A stretch of 63,715 nucleotides of DNA, filler included, from Lenisia limosa (lineage: Eukaryota; Protista; Breviatea), in the NCBI GenBank assembly GCA_001655205.1. It is 14 parts of 14 records of this genome, joined end to end, with 100 filler letters (N's around TTAATTAATTAA, not from the genome) between each part and the next. Parts side by side here need not be neighbours in the genome. Positions count along the whole stretch, not along the records: positions 1 to 2,115 come from LPNZ01002343.1; positions 2,216 to 4,238 come from LPNZ01002089.1; positions 4,339 to 9,587 come from LPNZ01009251.1; positions 9,688 to 11,988 come from LPNZ01008256.1; 10 more parts are not named here. One strand, 5' to 3'. The notes under the pieces are model-generated. The model saw only the letters and a program-made list of their open reading frames with translations. It was not told where the DNA came from and ran no database searches. Positions 1 to 12,088 of the stretch are shown one piece after another. Made by a program: the position numbers and the translations under genes. Each line of letters opens with the position of its first letter. Within the stretch, counting starts at the first letter, position 1.

Positions 1-1201
1 GGCTTGCGTTCGCAGAGCGGACGGGATGCGCGATGACCCCCAGAGTATGACCGTAGCCGATAGCTAAATCCCCTGTTTCATTTCTGATGCAAGTTTTTTC
101 CGAAATATCGAAAATTACTGAATGTTATTTTTATAGATACATTTATTGTTGTTTCAAAATTTTCGCGAATCCCTGGTACACATGGTGTAAAGCCAACTAC
201 CCAAATTTTTGCCCAAACCGGGCCAAAAATGACCCAGTGACGAGTAACCCATTAATCAAAGAGTGTTCATGAAGTCCTCCTGTTTCTTTCGTTTTCTGTT
301 GGATGTTTCTTTGTGTAGTCAACGGCTGGATCTCTATGATCCTAGTTTTAATAGAGACTTTACTGCAAAAAAACAAAAAAACAAAAAAAAACAAAGATGT
401 CTGCTGTGGCCACATGTGCTATTATTGGGCGTGCAGTGGAACTCAGTTTTGTCTACCTTGTAGAATCCCCCCAAAGGAGATTGCGTGCATTATGAGAACT
501 GTCTTTTCATCTCAATCCCATCCCACTGTACAAAAGATTATCCCCTTTTCTAACTTGTCACAAAAAAACCCACAACAAAAAGAAATAATAATAATAAAAA
601 AACCAATAAAAATAACAAATAACAATAAACTCCTACCCAGACAGACGACAGAGTCCCACGCGTCTCCAGCACCGCAGGTGATATTGCCACGTGACGCCTC
701 ATGTAAAGGCCCACAGTCCACTGAGCACGCTGACTCCGTCGTGGCCTGGGGGGGGGGGTAAAATTGGAAAATTTATCAAAAAAACAAAAACAATTCCTCT
801 TGGACGGCTAAGGCTTGATACGTTATTTATTTCTCATTGCTGTATCATATGTAATTAATTATCACCTTCCCACCTGTTGATAATATGGAATATCTCAAAA
901 ATAATTTAATGAAAGGAACAAAAAAGAAGTCAGCAGTCTACATTTTCGCAGTTGAGAAGTAGGGCCATTTCAATAGACGGCAAGGCAGGGCAGCGAACCG
1001 CTAAATTCAGGTCATATCATATCTACACTACGGCACATTCTTATCAATAAAGCAGAATTATTATAAAGCATCCCATCCCTTATATAAGAAAGCAGAAACA
1101 ACCCAGCCCATCCCACGGGTAACCCACGGGTGCAAGCAGGGACTACCGCCCAGGGTCCCTGGGAGCAGTTGGTCTTGAGGACATTGGGCGCATATCCAAG
1201 A
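1..1201 (-). CDS. Spliced fragment of a Cys-rich, sushi/CCP-like extracellular protein
   Basis: GT-AG bounded exons read LGYAPNVLKTNCSQGPWAVVPAC (~1201-1115) and ATTESACSVDCGPLHEASRGNITCGAGDAWDSVVCL (745-~635). The C..GY...C..G.W...P.C spacing resembles sushi repeats. Both ends are unresolved. Confidence 0.4.
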
Positions 1202-1763
1202 NNNNNNNNNNNNNNNNNNNNNNNNNNNNNNNNNNNNNNNNNNNNNNNNNNNNNNNNNNNNNNNNNNNNNNNNNNNNNNNNNNNNNNNNNNNNNNNNNNN
1301 NNNNNNNNNNNNNNNNNNNNNNNNNNNNNNNNNNNNNNNNNNNNNNNNNNNNNNNNNGTAAACAAAAAAAAAACACTGAAAAAAATCCCCCAAAAAGAAA
1401 AAAGTAGTGTTGGCCCATAACGCATACAAGATATATATTGGATTATCTTGCGAGACATAAGTAATTCAACAAATCATTTGATTGCCTCTGTGTACAGAGC
1501 TTTCTGTGCGCCTCCCCAGCAAACATATAATTTTGATGAAGGATCCCTACTTATAAATTTATATCTCCAAATAACATATTTCATGCGTTATCGTGATGTC
1601 AATCTACCCCCCCAAAAAAAAACAAACCACAAAATCGCAGTTTTCAAGATTACTACCCCTACATTATCGCAGTTTTCAAGGTGACCATTTTGTAGTGACA
1701 GGATCGGGCAGTCATTAGCTGGATAATGAAGAAATAACAGGGGAAGGGCGTTTTGATATTTTA

Positions 1764-1860
1764 AAGGGCTTCACTTAGGTTCTAAAAATAAGACAGCTCG
1801 ATAAATCCTCGAAAACTATCGATATTTTACTGGTCTTTTTTGAACCGAAGTGAAACCCTA
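1764..1860. mobile_element. Family A MITE
   Basis: GGGCTTCAC...GTGAAACCCTA with the shared TCGATAAATCCTCGAAAACTATCGAT core. Confidence 0.8.
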
Positions 1861-1978
1861 CCGACAACATTCCCACCTGATACACTTAAGCCTTATCCAG
1901 GTCACTGAATATATTTTGTATCAAAAAAAAAAACATCATCATCATCATCCCTCTTCATCAATAATGACATAACCTCAT

Positions 1979-2115
1979 CCACTCACCAATTCACAAGAGG
2001 TTCTCACCAATTCACAAGAGGTTCTCAGGCCACTCACCAATTCACAAGAGGTTCACAGGCCACTCACCAATTCACAAGAGGTTCTCAGGCCACTCACCAA
2101 TTCACAAGAGGTTCT
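1979..2115. repeat. 30-bp minisatellite, about 4.5 copies
   Basis: Unit CCACTCACCAATTCACAAGAGGTTCTCAGG, running into the scaffold end. Confidence 0.9.
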
Positions 2116-2215
2116 NNNNNNNNNNNNNNNNNNNNNNNNNNNNNNNNNNNNNNNNNNNNTTAATTAATTAANNNNNNNNNNNNNNNNNNNNNNNNNNNNN
2201 NNNNNNNNNNNNNNN
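2116..2215. other. Artificial scaffold linker (N-run + TTAATTAATTAA + N-run); first of 13
   Basis: The same 12-mer (stops in all six frames) sits inside ~100-nt N blocks at 2160, 4283, 9632, 12033, 17462, 20360, 22199, 24274, 26812, 30924, 33147, 55808 and 61695. This defines 14 concatenated scaffolds. Confidence 0.95.
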
Positions 2216-2247
2216 ATATATATTGTTTTTTTTATCTTTCATCGCAG

Positions 2248-3856
2248 TCCGTAACGCCAACGGACGCGCTGCACGCCAACGCGCAGTATACAACCACCTC
2301 CGCCACTTCCAGAGCCAAACTGACGGAAACTTCGCGGCCTGGACACAGGTATAGGAGGGGTAATTTATTGTCATTATAATTCTGATTTGTCATAATATTT
2401 CAGGTTTTCTCTCGTTTTGAGGAATCAGTCAAAACCCTTGGCATTTTCGATCAGGTTGGAGGATCAAAAAACAAACCCATAATTGAACTTCAACTGTAAA
2501 TAATTGCTTTATTCACCATTATTTCTTGGTTCCAGGTAGGGCTTCACTTCGATTCGAAAAAATCACTGAATTTCTCGATAAATCCTCGAAAACTATCGAT
2601 ATTTTACCGGTCTTTTTCGAACCGAAGTGAAGCCCTATGTATCAGGACTTCAAATATTTCTTAATATTGCCCTTCTGAAATACCCGGACGTAATATAACT
2701 TAATAAGACTTAATAAGACTTAATAAACTTAATAAAACTTAACAAGACTTAATAAAACTTAACAAAACTTAATAAGACGTAATAAAACTTAATTAGATTT
2801 AATAAGACTTATTAAAACTTAATAAAACTTAATAAAACTAAATAATAAAAACATGTCACAAGTATTCATAAAAACAGGTCACAAGTGCTATATCGGACAC
2901 CGAGCTTATAGACCCCAATCACGCCATTTCCTTCTGGACAGCTGAGACGAATTTCCTCTGTTCCTTCGCCGCCGTAGCTGTTGACTCGTAAGGGGGTAAT
3001 GTTAAAACTAAATATTGCCCGAAATCATGGTATTGTTGTAGGGCTTCACTTCTTTTCGAAAAATATAGTTTTCGAGGATTTATCGAGAAATTCAGTCTTT
3101 GTTTCGAACGGAAATGAAGCCCTAAGTGGTGGAAATAATAGTGATTTGAGAATGTTCTCCGTTTCACATCGAATAAAGATCCATTTCTAAATAGTAACCT
3201 TTTCTCTCCTCCTTTACTCTTTATCTCTTAGAAATTTACTCTTTATCTCTTAGAAACGAAATTTCAAAGTCGCATCTTGACCAATTTGTGCCTACCCTTC
3301 TTCAGGTAAATTGGGCTAAACTGGGGGGGGGGGGGNNNNNNNNNNNNNNNNNNNNNNNNNNNNNNNNNNNNNNNNNNNNNNNNNNNNNNNNNNNNNNNNN
3401 NNNNNNNNNNNNNNNNNNNNNGTTGTATGATAGCAAGACAAAACATTCTAGGAAGAAATAAAAAAAAATGCATACGATTATCATTGTCAGAGCAACTTAA
3501 AAACACCGCTTCAGCATCTAACATCGGGCACCCGTTTGTTTTATACAGGGGTGATGGAGCTTGTAATATTAGTTTACTGCACCAACATCATCTTTGTAGC
3601 TCCTGACCTCTGCAACCCCTCTTGTTCGTGATACAATGACTCAAGCTCTGTCTCAGGTGGGCGGGGAAACAATTATTATTCTATTATTGAATTATTGAGA
3701 TTGTTAATTTATATTGCCTGTATTCCAATATCTCATATTGGCATGATGGTGGCTTCGGCCAGATAAAACCTTGTTGTATTTCTCATCTAGACAAATTCTA
3801 TTATTGACCGCCACATATTCGACTCACCATCATGCCATGATTTGATCTCTTTTTTG
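2248..3856 (+). CDS. NF1: Neurofibromin-like (NF1/IRA) RasGAP, internal fragment, 6 exons
   Basis: Exons 2248-2348, 2404-2454, 2878-2987, 3254-3305, 3600-3656 and 3791-3856 join in frame with GT-AG ends. The product GRAARQRAVYNHLRHFQSQTDGNFAAWTQVFSRFEE...FWTAETNFLCSF...FVPTLLQLL...VRD parallels the NF1 segments GRAALQKRVMALLR...AGNTEAW and WINMTGFLC...FMDRLLSL as I recall them. Confidence 0.75.
2537..2637. mobile_element. Family A MITE, near-consensus copy
   Basis: TAGGGCTTCACTTCGATTCGAAAAA ... TTTTTCGAACCGAAGTGAAGCCCTA, with ~25-bp terminal inverted repeats. Lies in an NF1 intron. Confidence 0.9.
2696..2845. repeat. 10-bp minisatellite (TTAATAARAC)n in an NF1 intron
   Basis: About 14 imperfect tandem units. 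Confidence 0.9.
3039..3124. mobile_element. Family A MITE (core inverted relative to the 2537 copy)
   Basis: TAGGGCTTCAC...ATGAAGCCCTA, in an NF1 intron. Confidence 0.8.
3723..3790 (+). repeat. Family C 3' module ending at an NF1 acceptor
   Basis: CCAATATCTC...CATGATGGTGGCTTCGGCCAGATAAAACCTTGTTGTATTTCTCATCTAG, then the exon. Confidence 0.85.
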
Positions 3857-5043
3857 GTATAGTCTCAATTAGATATTAGGACTATTAAGAACCAGTCTCA
3901 TATTACCCTCTTCCATTAAGCTATTGTTGGCATCATGTGCATATTATCATGCTATTATTGACCTTTTATTGGATTACCACCATGCTTTGTTGGATTACCG
4001 TCATGCTACTATTGTCATTTAGACCGTATACGTCATTATTACTTCAGTGATCCAGAATGACCGTATTGTTGATTGATATTTTTTTGCACTTTTATTACAC
4101 TACTGACCTTTCCAACTTTTATCAAAAATGTAACACAATTTAGACCTTGTCACGCCAGGTCATTCCGATGCTCTTTACTCATTTAACAAGAGTGGGCGGT
4201 CTCAACCTCTTTTTGTTTTCTACCACATCAGATCATTANNNNNNNNNNNNNNNNNNNNNNNNNNNNNNNNNNNNNNNNNNNNTTAATTAATTAANNNNNN
4301 NNNNNNNNNNNNNNNNNNNNNNNNNNNNNNNNNNNNNNTTCAGCTCTAGAAAAATACTATGTGTATATTCTATTTTATGTATAGTATATCATATACTATA
4401 TTATATTCATTTGTATAGTATTATATGTGATATACCTTTTAACATGTAACAAATATTAAAAGAATAGCCAAGAAGGATATTATCACTTGCTTTTCGAGAA
4501 CGCTTTGAAATTTGTTGTTTAAAGCTCTTCTGTATATGCTTCCTTCATCTCTTTTGTATATAAATATGATTAACGTTGTTTACACAGAGACCAACCATTA
4601 TATTCAATCGTATGGTTGAAACGGTGAAAATTCTGACTTAGATCAGAGCCTAAAAAATAAAAATGTTCGGAACCTCGACTCCCCACCGCCTTGGTGTATA
4701 TTCTATACATGAAATATGATAGTATGTGTATATTCTATTGTAATGCTTTTAGATCTTCCGGGCAAAAGTAACACCAGGTTGGTATGGGTACAAGATAATA
4801 GGACATGATATATGACCTTACTATACATTAAATATATGGACCTGGCTAAGTTCTCTTACGTTGTAATAATTAGGGCTTCCCTACGTTCCCAAAAAAGACT
4901 GAATTTCTTGATTAATCCTTGATATTTACTGGAATCATCCCCACCCTGCTTAAGAGTGAACACCGCTCCCCAACATTACAATGTGCGTCAATGAATCCTG
5001 CATAGTTAATGTTGAGTGTTTTGCTTCATAAATTTTCCTTACA

Positions 5044-5162
5044 TGCGGTGCTGCAGAAGAGACTGGCCTGAGCTAAGCTTGTTTTGTTTTCAACCCTCGT
5101 GTCTTGTCAGCCAACAGAGTTGATTTTGGGCTAAAACTCCCACTAATACTCATCCCTCGCAG
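5044..5162 (+). repeat. Family B intronic repeat ending at a 3' splice site
   Basis: GCGGTGCTGCAGAAGAGACTGGCCTG...CAACCCTCGTGTCTTGTCAGCCAACAGAGTTGATTTTGGGC...CGCAG. More copies at 5282-5358 and 6620-6716. Confidence 0.85.
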
Positions 5163-6394
5163 TATGCCAAGCAGCAATATGGGCCTATCTGGGTTCTCAG
5201 GCCAGCTTCTCAGCACCATCACTGAACTTACCAGGCAAGTGGTGCAAGTGGGGGGGGGTTCATAAATTTCCCAGTTTCACAGGAGTGATAGGATAGGGTG
5301 CTGCAGAAGCGACTGGCTTGGGCTTTGTTTGTTTTGTTGTTATCAATCCTCGTGTGTTNNNNNNNNNNNNNNNNNNNNNNNNNNNNNNNNNNNNNNNNNN
5401 NNNNNNNNNNNNNNNNNNNNNNNNATACCTGCAAAAACAAGGCCTGTTTTCCCTTTATTTACCCCCCACCGCATCTTTTTATTATTTAAAGCAGGGTGCG
5501 AACCCAGAAACTGACTCGGATAAACCACAATTATAGAGCATTACCTGCATGTTTTTTATTTATTCAATATAGTGATTATCATACTGATCAAAATCTTTAA
5601 AAGATGACGTCACCGAATCTTTTTGTTGGATATCCGTGACAACTTTCTGGGTTGGCACCCTGCTTTAACACCCAGATTCTTCATCTAAGTTCCCAATTTT
5701 ACTCCATAATTATCCCCCACCCCCAGGCCGAAGCCAACCTGGCCCGGGAATCAGAATTGCGAAAACAGGCGTCCGCCGCCGTAGATGATCTTTCCGCAAC
5801 CGTGTCGGCAATGGTCAGACGGCTCGACCGCTTGGAGAAGGAAAACGACGGCCTAAAGTCCGAACTCCGAGCCAAGATGCATGTGGCTTCTCAGGAGGCT
5901 TCTGATGCATTGGTGGGTACCCCCATCCCATGAATAATACCATTATTCGTATGTGATATATGCACACTTACAGTGTTATCGTATGTATATACTGTATGTC
6001 ATAGGTATATCATATAATATTATATAATATGATGTAATACATAAATAAATATATCCCGGTCACTGTATATGGTAAATAACGATAGTTTTAATGAAGCAAT
6101 TATGCTGTGGGAAGGGAGTGGTATAAATGCTTTAGTGACAAGTAAGAAAGAAAAAAAAGAAAAAAAAAACGAGTAATGCTGAATTGAAAAACAAAAACAT
6201 GGTATTTACGATATTAGGCGATGTCCCGCCAAGCCAGTAGCGCGGCCTACGCGCGCCATGCCTCCGACCTCGTCAAATCGCTGATTTCGGGTAATATCGC
6301 AAAAGACCTCGGAAAGCAGCCGCCCGGCCCGACTCTGGCGCATTATTCAATAAGAAGAAAACCGGATGTTTCATACAGTGGCGGCGAGCAGAGG
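5163..6394 (+). CDS. Spliced coiled-coil protein fragment
   Basis: In-frame exons 5163-5247, 5726-5912 (AEANLARESELRKQ...RLDRLEKENDGLKSEL) and 6218-6394. A further exon is possible at ~7052-7158. Confidence 0.6.
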
Positions 6395-7311
6395 TACCTG
6401 GGTAGTTTCGGGGGAGTTTCAAGAGCTTCTCTTCGATTCCCAAAAAGACTAAATTCTTGTTCATTCCGTCCATCTTTTGTCAGTATTTTGGGATCGAAAG
6501 CGAATCTCTGGTACTTCCCTTCCCTTCGGTTCCTTTATTCGAAATTTACCTTCGTTTTACTCCCCCCCCCCCCCCNNNNNNNNNNNNNNNNNNNNNNNNN
6601 NNNNNNNNNNNNNNNNNNNGCTTTGTTTATTTTCTTACCCTCGTGTGTTACCCAAATACTAACCAACAGAGTTGATTTTGGGGTTTTTTTAAAACAAGTC
6701 CCAATGTCTCCCCCAGCCGTTTCCAATATTAATCGCAATTTTATTCGTTTTACCCCCCCCCCNNNNNNNNNNNNNNNNNNNNNNNNNNNNNNNNNNNNNN
6801 NNNNNNNNNNNNNNNNNNNNNNNNNNNNNNNNNNNNNNNNNNNNNNNNNNNNNNNNNNNNNNNNNNNNNNNNNNNNNNNNNNNNNNNNNNNNAATGGTTG
6901 GAGGTATTGATAGGATTCTTGTGGTGGCTCCATCACAACCATCTCAATTCAATCATACATTTCCTTCATGCAATCTCTCACAACTCTTTCAAATTTCCTT
7001 CACATTTCCGTCATATATATCTTCACATTTCTATCACATTTCCATCACCACCCAGCCCCAGCCTTTCCCGGTATCTAGCCTGGCATACAGTCCCGGAGAC
7101 TCCCTCGTCATTTCTCCCATCTCCGAAGCTGGGGTGGCCAACCCGGACCGGCATAATAAGTGGGGGGTTATAATATGTTCGCGGGAGGGGAAAGGAACAA
7201 TTTTTCCACCCCCACACCCCCGTCCTAACCTTGAATCTAAACGAACAAGAACAGACCAATCAACACGGGGCTCACATTTTTTTTTAAAACTAATAACAAA
7301 GCGTAATGAAG

Positions 7312-9355
7312 TTAGATAGTAAGGTCTTGTTGAGTTACTGAATCAGTGCTTTTGAGACCTTTTTTGAAACAAGAAATGGTATAGACTTCTACGTGGAAAA
7401 TCTTGGAATCACATTATTTATTAGAAATGAGAAATAAAAAAAAAAAAGGTTGTATCTGGCCGAAGCCGTTCACACCGTCACGCTTCTAAGAGATATTGGA
7501 TTTGAGTATTACATTGGAAATAGAAACAAATTACCACACTTCACACCTACCCCTCCAGTACTTTTGAAGAGAGTACCCCTGTGTTACCCCGGATGAACCA
7601 CGGCGCCCTCACGCCAATCTCCCCGATTGTCACCCCCATCAAAAGCGATCATGAGATCCAAAGACACAATGTACACTCCCGCGTGCCTTACGGTTGGTCA
7701 TTCGAAGTTGACTAATGTGTTAGAACTTGGGCTTCACTTCGGTTTGAAAAAAGACTGTATTTGTCGATAAATCCTCGAAAATTATCAACATTTTACTGGT
7801 CTCTTTCGGACCGAAGTGAAGCACTGCTAAGAACAATTCTAATTGACCGAATTCCGTTTTTTATTTGTTGTTTTTTTTTTTTTTTTNNNNNNNNNNNNNN
7901 NNNNNNNNNNNNNNNNNNNNNNNNNNNNNNNNNNNNNNNNNNNNNNNNNNNNNNNNNNNNNNNNNNNNNNNNNNNNNNNNNNNNNNNNNNNNNNTAATAA
8001 AAATAACCCATTATCCGGCCATATTTCAGAAACCTGTTCATCTGAGTCCTGGCCGACTCCCTATGTAATATCTGGGGCTTCACTACGGTTATAAAAAGAC
8101 CGATATAATATCGATAGTTTTCGAGGATTTTTCGATAAATTCAGTCTTTTTTCGAACTAAAATGAAGCCCTGGTAATATCCCAAAGAAAATTGGTCAAGA
8201 CGTATCCCGGTTACTGTATATCAAAGACATCGTTGTTGAANNNNNNNNNNNNNNNNNNNNNNNNNNNNNNNNNNNNNNNNNNNNNNNNNNNNNNNNNNNN
8301 NNNNNNNNAAATCCATATCCTTTTGACGACCCTCAATAATCCCCCCCAGGCCGGCCCGATGATAATTCCTACGTTGCTCGCTCACGTGTACCTCACCCCT
8401 CCACACCTCCAAGGAACCGAGCCAGGCCTAGTGCCGATGAAATCGAGGTTAGTGAGACACTTCTTTCTTGTTGAGCTATTCCTCTTATTGCTGTTTGGTG
8501 TTGCTACTGGGTTATTTCTGTTCTTTTTCTTATTGTTGTTATTGTTATTATTGTTGTTATTGTTGTTATTGCTGCTGAGTTAAAATACCCTTTTTTTTGC
8601 TGTTGTTGTTTTTAATTATTCATTCTTGTTGTTGTTGATGTTCTTGTTGATGTCTTGAATTTCTCGATAAATTCTCGAAAACTATCGATATTTTATCGGT
8701 ATTTTTCTGACCAAAGTGAAGCCCTAGTCGGTAGAGATCCCCAAGGTTGTTTGGGGGTGGGGGTCAGCGTTAGGTTTTCACTTCGGTTCAAAAACAGGAC
8801 TAAATTTCTCGATAAATTTTCTAAGACTATTTATACTTTACCGGTCTTTTTCTGACCAAAGTAAACCATACTCACAACCCATGATTTAGTCCTCCCTTAA
8901 ACATCAGCAGCACACACACTCACAACCAATTTGACTTCTCTCACAGCCCAGGATGTAGTCCTACGGGCCGGGCAAGGACAGCTTCCGGACAAGCCCTCGT
9001 GGATGGTGAGATAGCCCCCATCCCCAAGCCGTCTCCCCCCTGTAAATCGTTGTACTCTGTTTATCTGTTGGTTTCTATGATCTAAGTCGTTTTTCCTCCT
9101 GTATTTTACTTTCAAGGTTTATCATTTACTAATTGTATCTCTTTACTAAGGCTAGTTGTAAAAATATTCATTTTTTGCGTTATAGTCTATATTGAAACTA
9201 GGTTCATAAAGATCCGGCGGTAAAACTGAAAACAACAGAAACAGGACTTCAGGTACTTCCCTGACCGCCGCCGGGTCTCTTTAAGATTATGGGTATCTTT
9301 TCATATAGGTCGCTGGCGAGGCCCGGTCGCCCGGGATCACGGCCTGACACCTGGT
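7312..9355 (-). CDS. Spliced protein of unknown function, 3' part
   Basis: GC-richer open segments with splice-like ends at ~9355-9262, ~9030-8925, ~8450-8395 and ~7690-7600, and a terminal exon IFHVEVYTISCF...QDLTI* ending at ~7312. Exact junctions are uncertain. Confidence 0.35.
7424..7502 (-). repeat. Family C copy
   Basis: Minus strand reads TCCAATATCTCTTAGAAGCGTGACGGTGTGAACGGCTTCGGCCAGATACAACC...TTTCTCATT. Similar copies at 22400-22468 and 27080-27135; a 5' half at 1434-1521. Confidence 0.85.
7727..7826. mobile_element. Family A MITE
   Basis: Both TIRs and the core are recognisable. Confidence 0.8.
8073..8172. mobile_element. Family A MITE with perfect 8-bp TSD GTAATATC
   Basis: TSD at 8065-8072 and 8173-8180. 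Confidence 0.9.
8771..8870. mobile_element. Family A MITE; a right-half copy lies nearby at 8655-8725
   Basis: TAGGTTTTCACTTCGGTTC...GTAAACCATA. Confidence 0.75.
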
Positions 9356-10344
9356 GACTTGGAAAAAACGAGTTCCGACATTCTATTACATGTTTTGCAT
9401 TAATATGATACAAATATGATACGATGACATTATTGTGTAACAAAAATCACTGTGAACGAGCAAGTCGAGGCGTGCCTCCACAAAAAATAGTATACTTTTT
9501 TTTTAATGCGCTGTTCCATTAACATCATTCTTATAAGCCTAGGTCTCTGGGTGTCAACCAATCCCAACATGTTCATTGACAACAACTNNNNNNNNNNNNN
9601 NNNNNNNNNNNNNNNNNNNNNNNNNNNNNNNTTAATTAATTAANNNNNNNNNNNNNNNNNNNNNNNNNNNNNNNNNNNNNNNNNNNNGATATGATATAGC
9701 ATATAATATAGCATATGATATATGATATGTTATCCTTGCTAGGAGGTATTATATTTTATGTATATACGACTCCTAGGTTTTGTTCCTTTTTTGTGTATTT
9801 TTTTTTTACAATTTTTGTTCCCAGCAAGCTCTGGGTTAATCCGGCCCGTGTTACTTTTTGCCTACCTGAAGTAGCCCGGGCCACGGGAAAATTTTTGGGA
9901 AATTTTTCAAAATTCTTCTGAGAAATGTGGCTTGAATTTGTGAATTTGCAATATAGGTGACATGTATTGATAATCCAATTGTAATCCAATTAAAAATTGC
10001 TAACATAAATTGATTTACGTGGTGTCATCATGATGGTTCAGTCAAATTAAGCCCATTTCTTGGATGATAATATAAGAAGGGGGGAAAAAAAAGAAGAAAG
10101 AAGAAAAAAAGAAAGAAAAATTTTATCGCGGAAATTTAATTTTTTAGCGCCACGCTCGCGCAATTTTTTTTCAGTTTATGCTTCTCATATAATATGTCCT
10201 TTTTTACGAGTTAAATTGTTGTGAAGTTGACCGTAACATGANNNNNNNNNNNNNNNNNNNNNNNNNNNNNNNNNNNNNNNNNNNNNNNNNNNNNNNNNNN
10301 NNNNNNNNNNNNNTTGTGAAAAAGATTTATGACAACTCAGAACG

Positions 10345-11910
10345 TTCATGCTGGTGATATACATTTTGGCTCCCTCTGTTTTCGGAAGTGTTCGATATAA
10401 GTTCCACCTTGCCCACGTCATAGCTATCAATGTAACCTATGGAGTGGCTACCACTATCTCAGGTTTGGACTATAATCCTGCTATGTGCTGCTGACGACAT
10501 TCGATATATTATACGTTTATGCATTATGTGCACAAACAACCTTGTTTTATAGCACATCTATATTATATGATATCATATGGTATGTTAGATACTACCTTAT
10601 TTTTTATTTCTCATTGCTATAATATATCTTATTATTTTGTATATTAAATATCATATACTAAAACATATGATATCATATTTACACATTATTACACACTGGC
10701 AAAGTTGTTCAACCGTTTGTCTACTTTTGATCAATTGTGTTGTAACTCCACCAGCTGGTGCGGCGGCGTGGGTTCAAGGCGGGGGCGGGGNNNNNNNNNN
10801 NNNNNNNNNNNNNNNNNNNNNNNNNNNNNNNNNNNNNNNNNNNNNNNNNNCTTTATTTTTGAACTTTGGCACTGTCATATTGTTTTTTTTATGTTCGTAA
10901 TCGTGTTAAGAAATGATATGATATGGCAATAGATTATTACAGAATTCAATGTTTTGGATTGCGTTTATCCATCACCCCCAGGGTATTTGCGAAGATTTCG
11001 GATTGGCGTCGACGGCAGGAGTTTGTGCTTCATTCTTCTGTTCTCAAGGAAAACAGGAAACTGTCTAAAAAGGTTGGTCATTGCATTATTTGTTGGACTA
11101 GGCTCGTTAGAATTATTGTTTGTGAGGATGGTACAGTCTTACCCTCGCAGCTGGGTGTGATGGGCCAGCTACGTAAGGGCAAAATCAATGTTGATGACGA
11201 AACAAGAAACTACCTCTTGAGTAACTATAGTGAAGGTTCGTGGCACAATACTCACAAGAAAGAGAATTTCCCATCATTGGTTAAACAAAGATAATTGGAA
11301 AGCAATTTTTGCCCCTTCTAATTCGCCTTTCTAGATCGAGATGATACGAAGAAGGTAGCCGCGAGCATAACTGCTCGTCATAGTGCACGCCAGAGCTCAA
11401 TGGGATCTGCTAACTCCGTTGTGGTATCACGATCAAAGTGAGGGGTGATATTTCATTTCTTTCTGAATGTTTGGTCATAACATTTATTTTCTCAGACGGT
11501 ATGGAAAGTTGGCTTCCACTTCACACAACCATGAGGATAAGCAGTCTCTTTCAATTCCAGGTACATTCAGCTGCTTCATCTTTTTGATGTTTTTACGAGT
11601 ATATGTTTACAATTTTAAATGTGATAGTAGTATGATTGTATGTACTGAATTGCTTCTGTGGCAGCCTTTTGTTATTTCTCTTTTCTCCATTCATACCTTA
11701 TATGCTTTGTGAACTAAATAACTAGATAAATTTCCTCGGAAACATTAGTTAAATTGTGTTCTAAAGTCAACAGGAATTGTGTCGGACAGTCTCAAACAAA
11801 ATCCCGTGCTTCCCTTGATCGAAGACAAGGAGGAGGAAGGAAGTACCCCCATTACTATGGAGGTTCCAAGTCTTTCCACTCCCACTTCCACAGACAAAAC
11901 TGGCGAGCTT
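10345..11910 (+). CDS. Membrane protein fragment (hydrophobic exons followed by a cytosolic region)
   Basis: Exons read FMLVIYILAPSVFGSVRYKFHLAHVIAIN, VFAKISDWRRRQEFVLHSSVLKENRKLSKK, LGVMGQLRKGKINVDDETRNYLLSNYSE and DRDDTKKVAAS..., with canonical junctions. No family assigned. Confidence 0.5.
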
Positions 11911-12088
11911 GATGAGCGGTTTGTTGCTCTCTCGAGTCAATAACTTATTTCTGACACTCTAGATGGTGGACATGGATTGGCCTTGGGTNNNNNNNNNNNN
12001 NNNNNNNNNNNNNNNNNNNNNNNNNNNNNNNNTTAATTAATTAANNNNNNNNNNNNNNNNNNNNNNNNNNNNNNNNNNNNNNNNNNNN

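Noticed and set aside
2160-2171. Recurrent TTAATTAATTAA as a biological motif (PacI-like palindrome)
   Set aside because: It is always centred in uniform N blocks and has stops in all frames: a concatenation linker. Gene neighbourhoods across it are meaningless.
2545-2560. Pol III B-box or tRNA-derived SINE in family A (GGTTCGAA-like)
   Set aside because: It is part of the TIR and mirrored at the other end; there is no A-box, cloverleaf or poly-A tail.
5235-5240. GC-AG intron donor (AG|GCAAGT)
   Set aside because: A canonical GT donor at 5248 gives an in-frame join to the 5726 exon.
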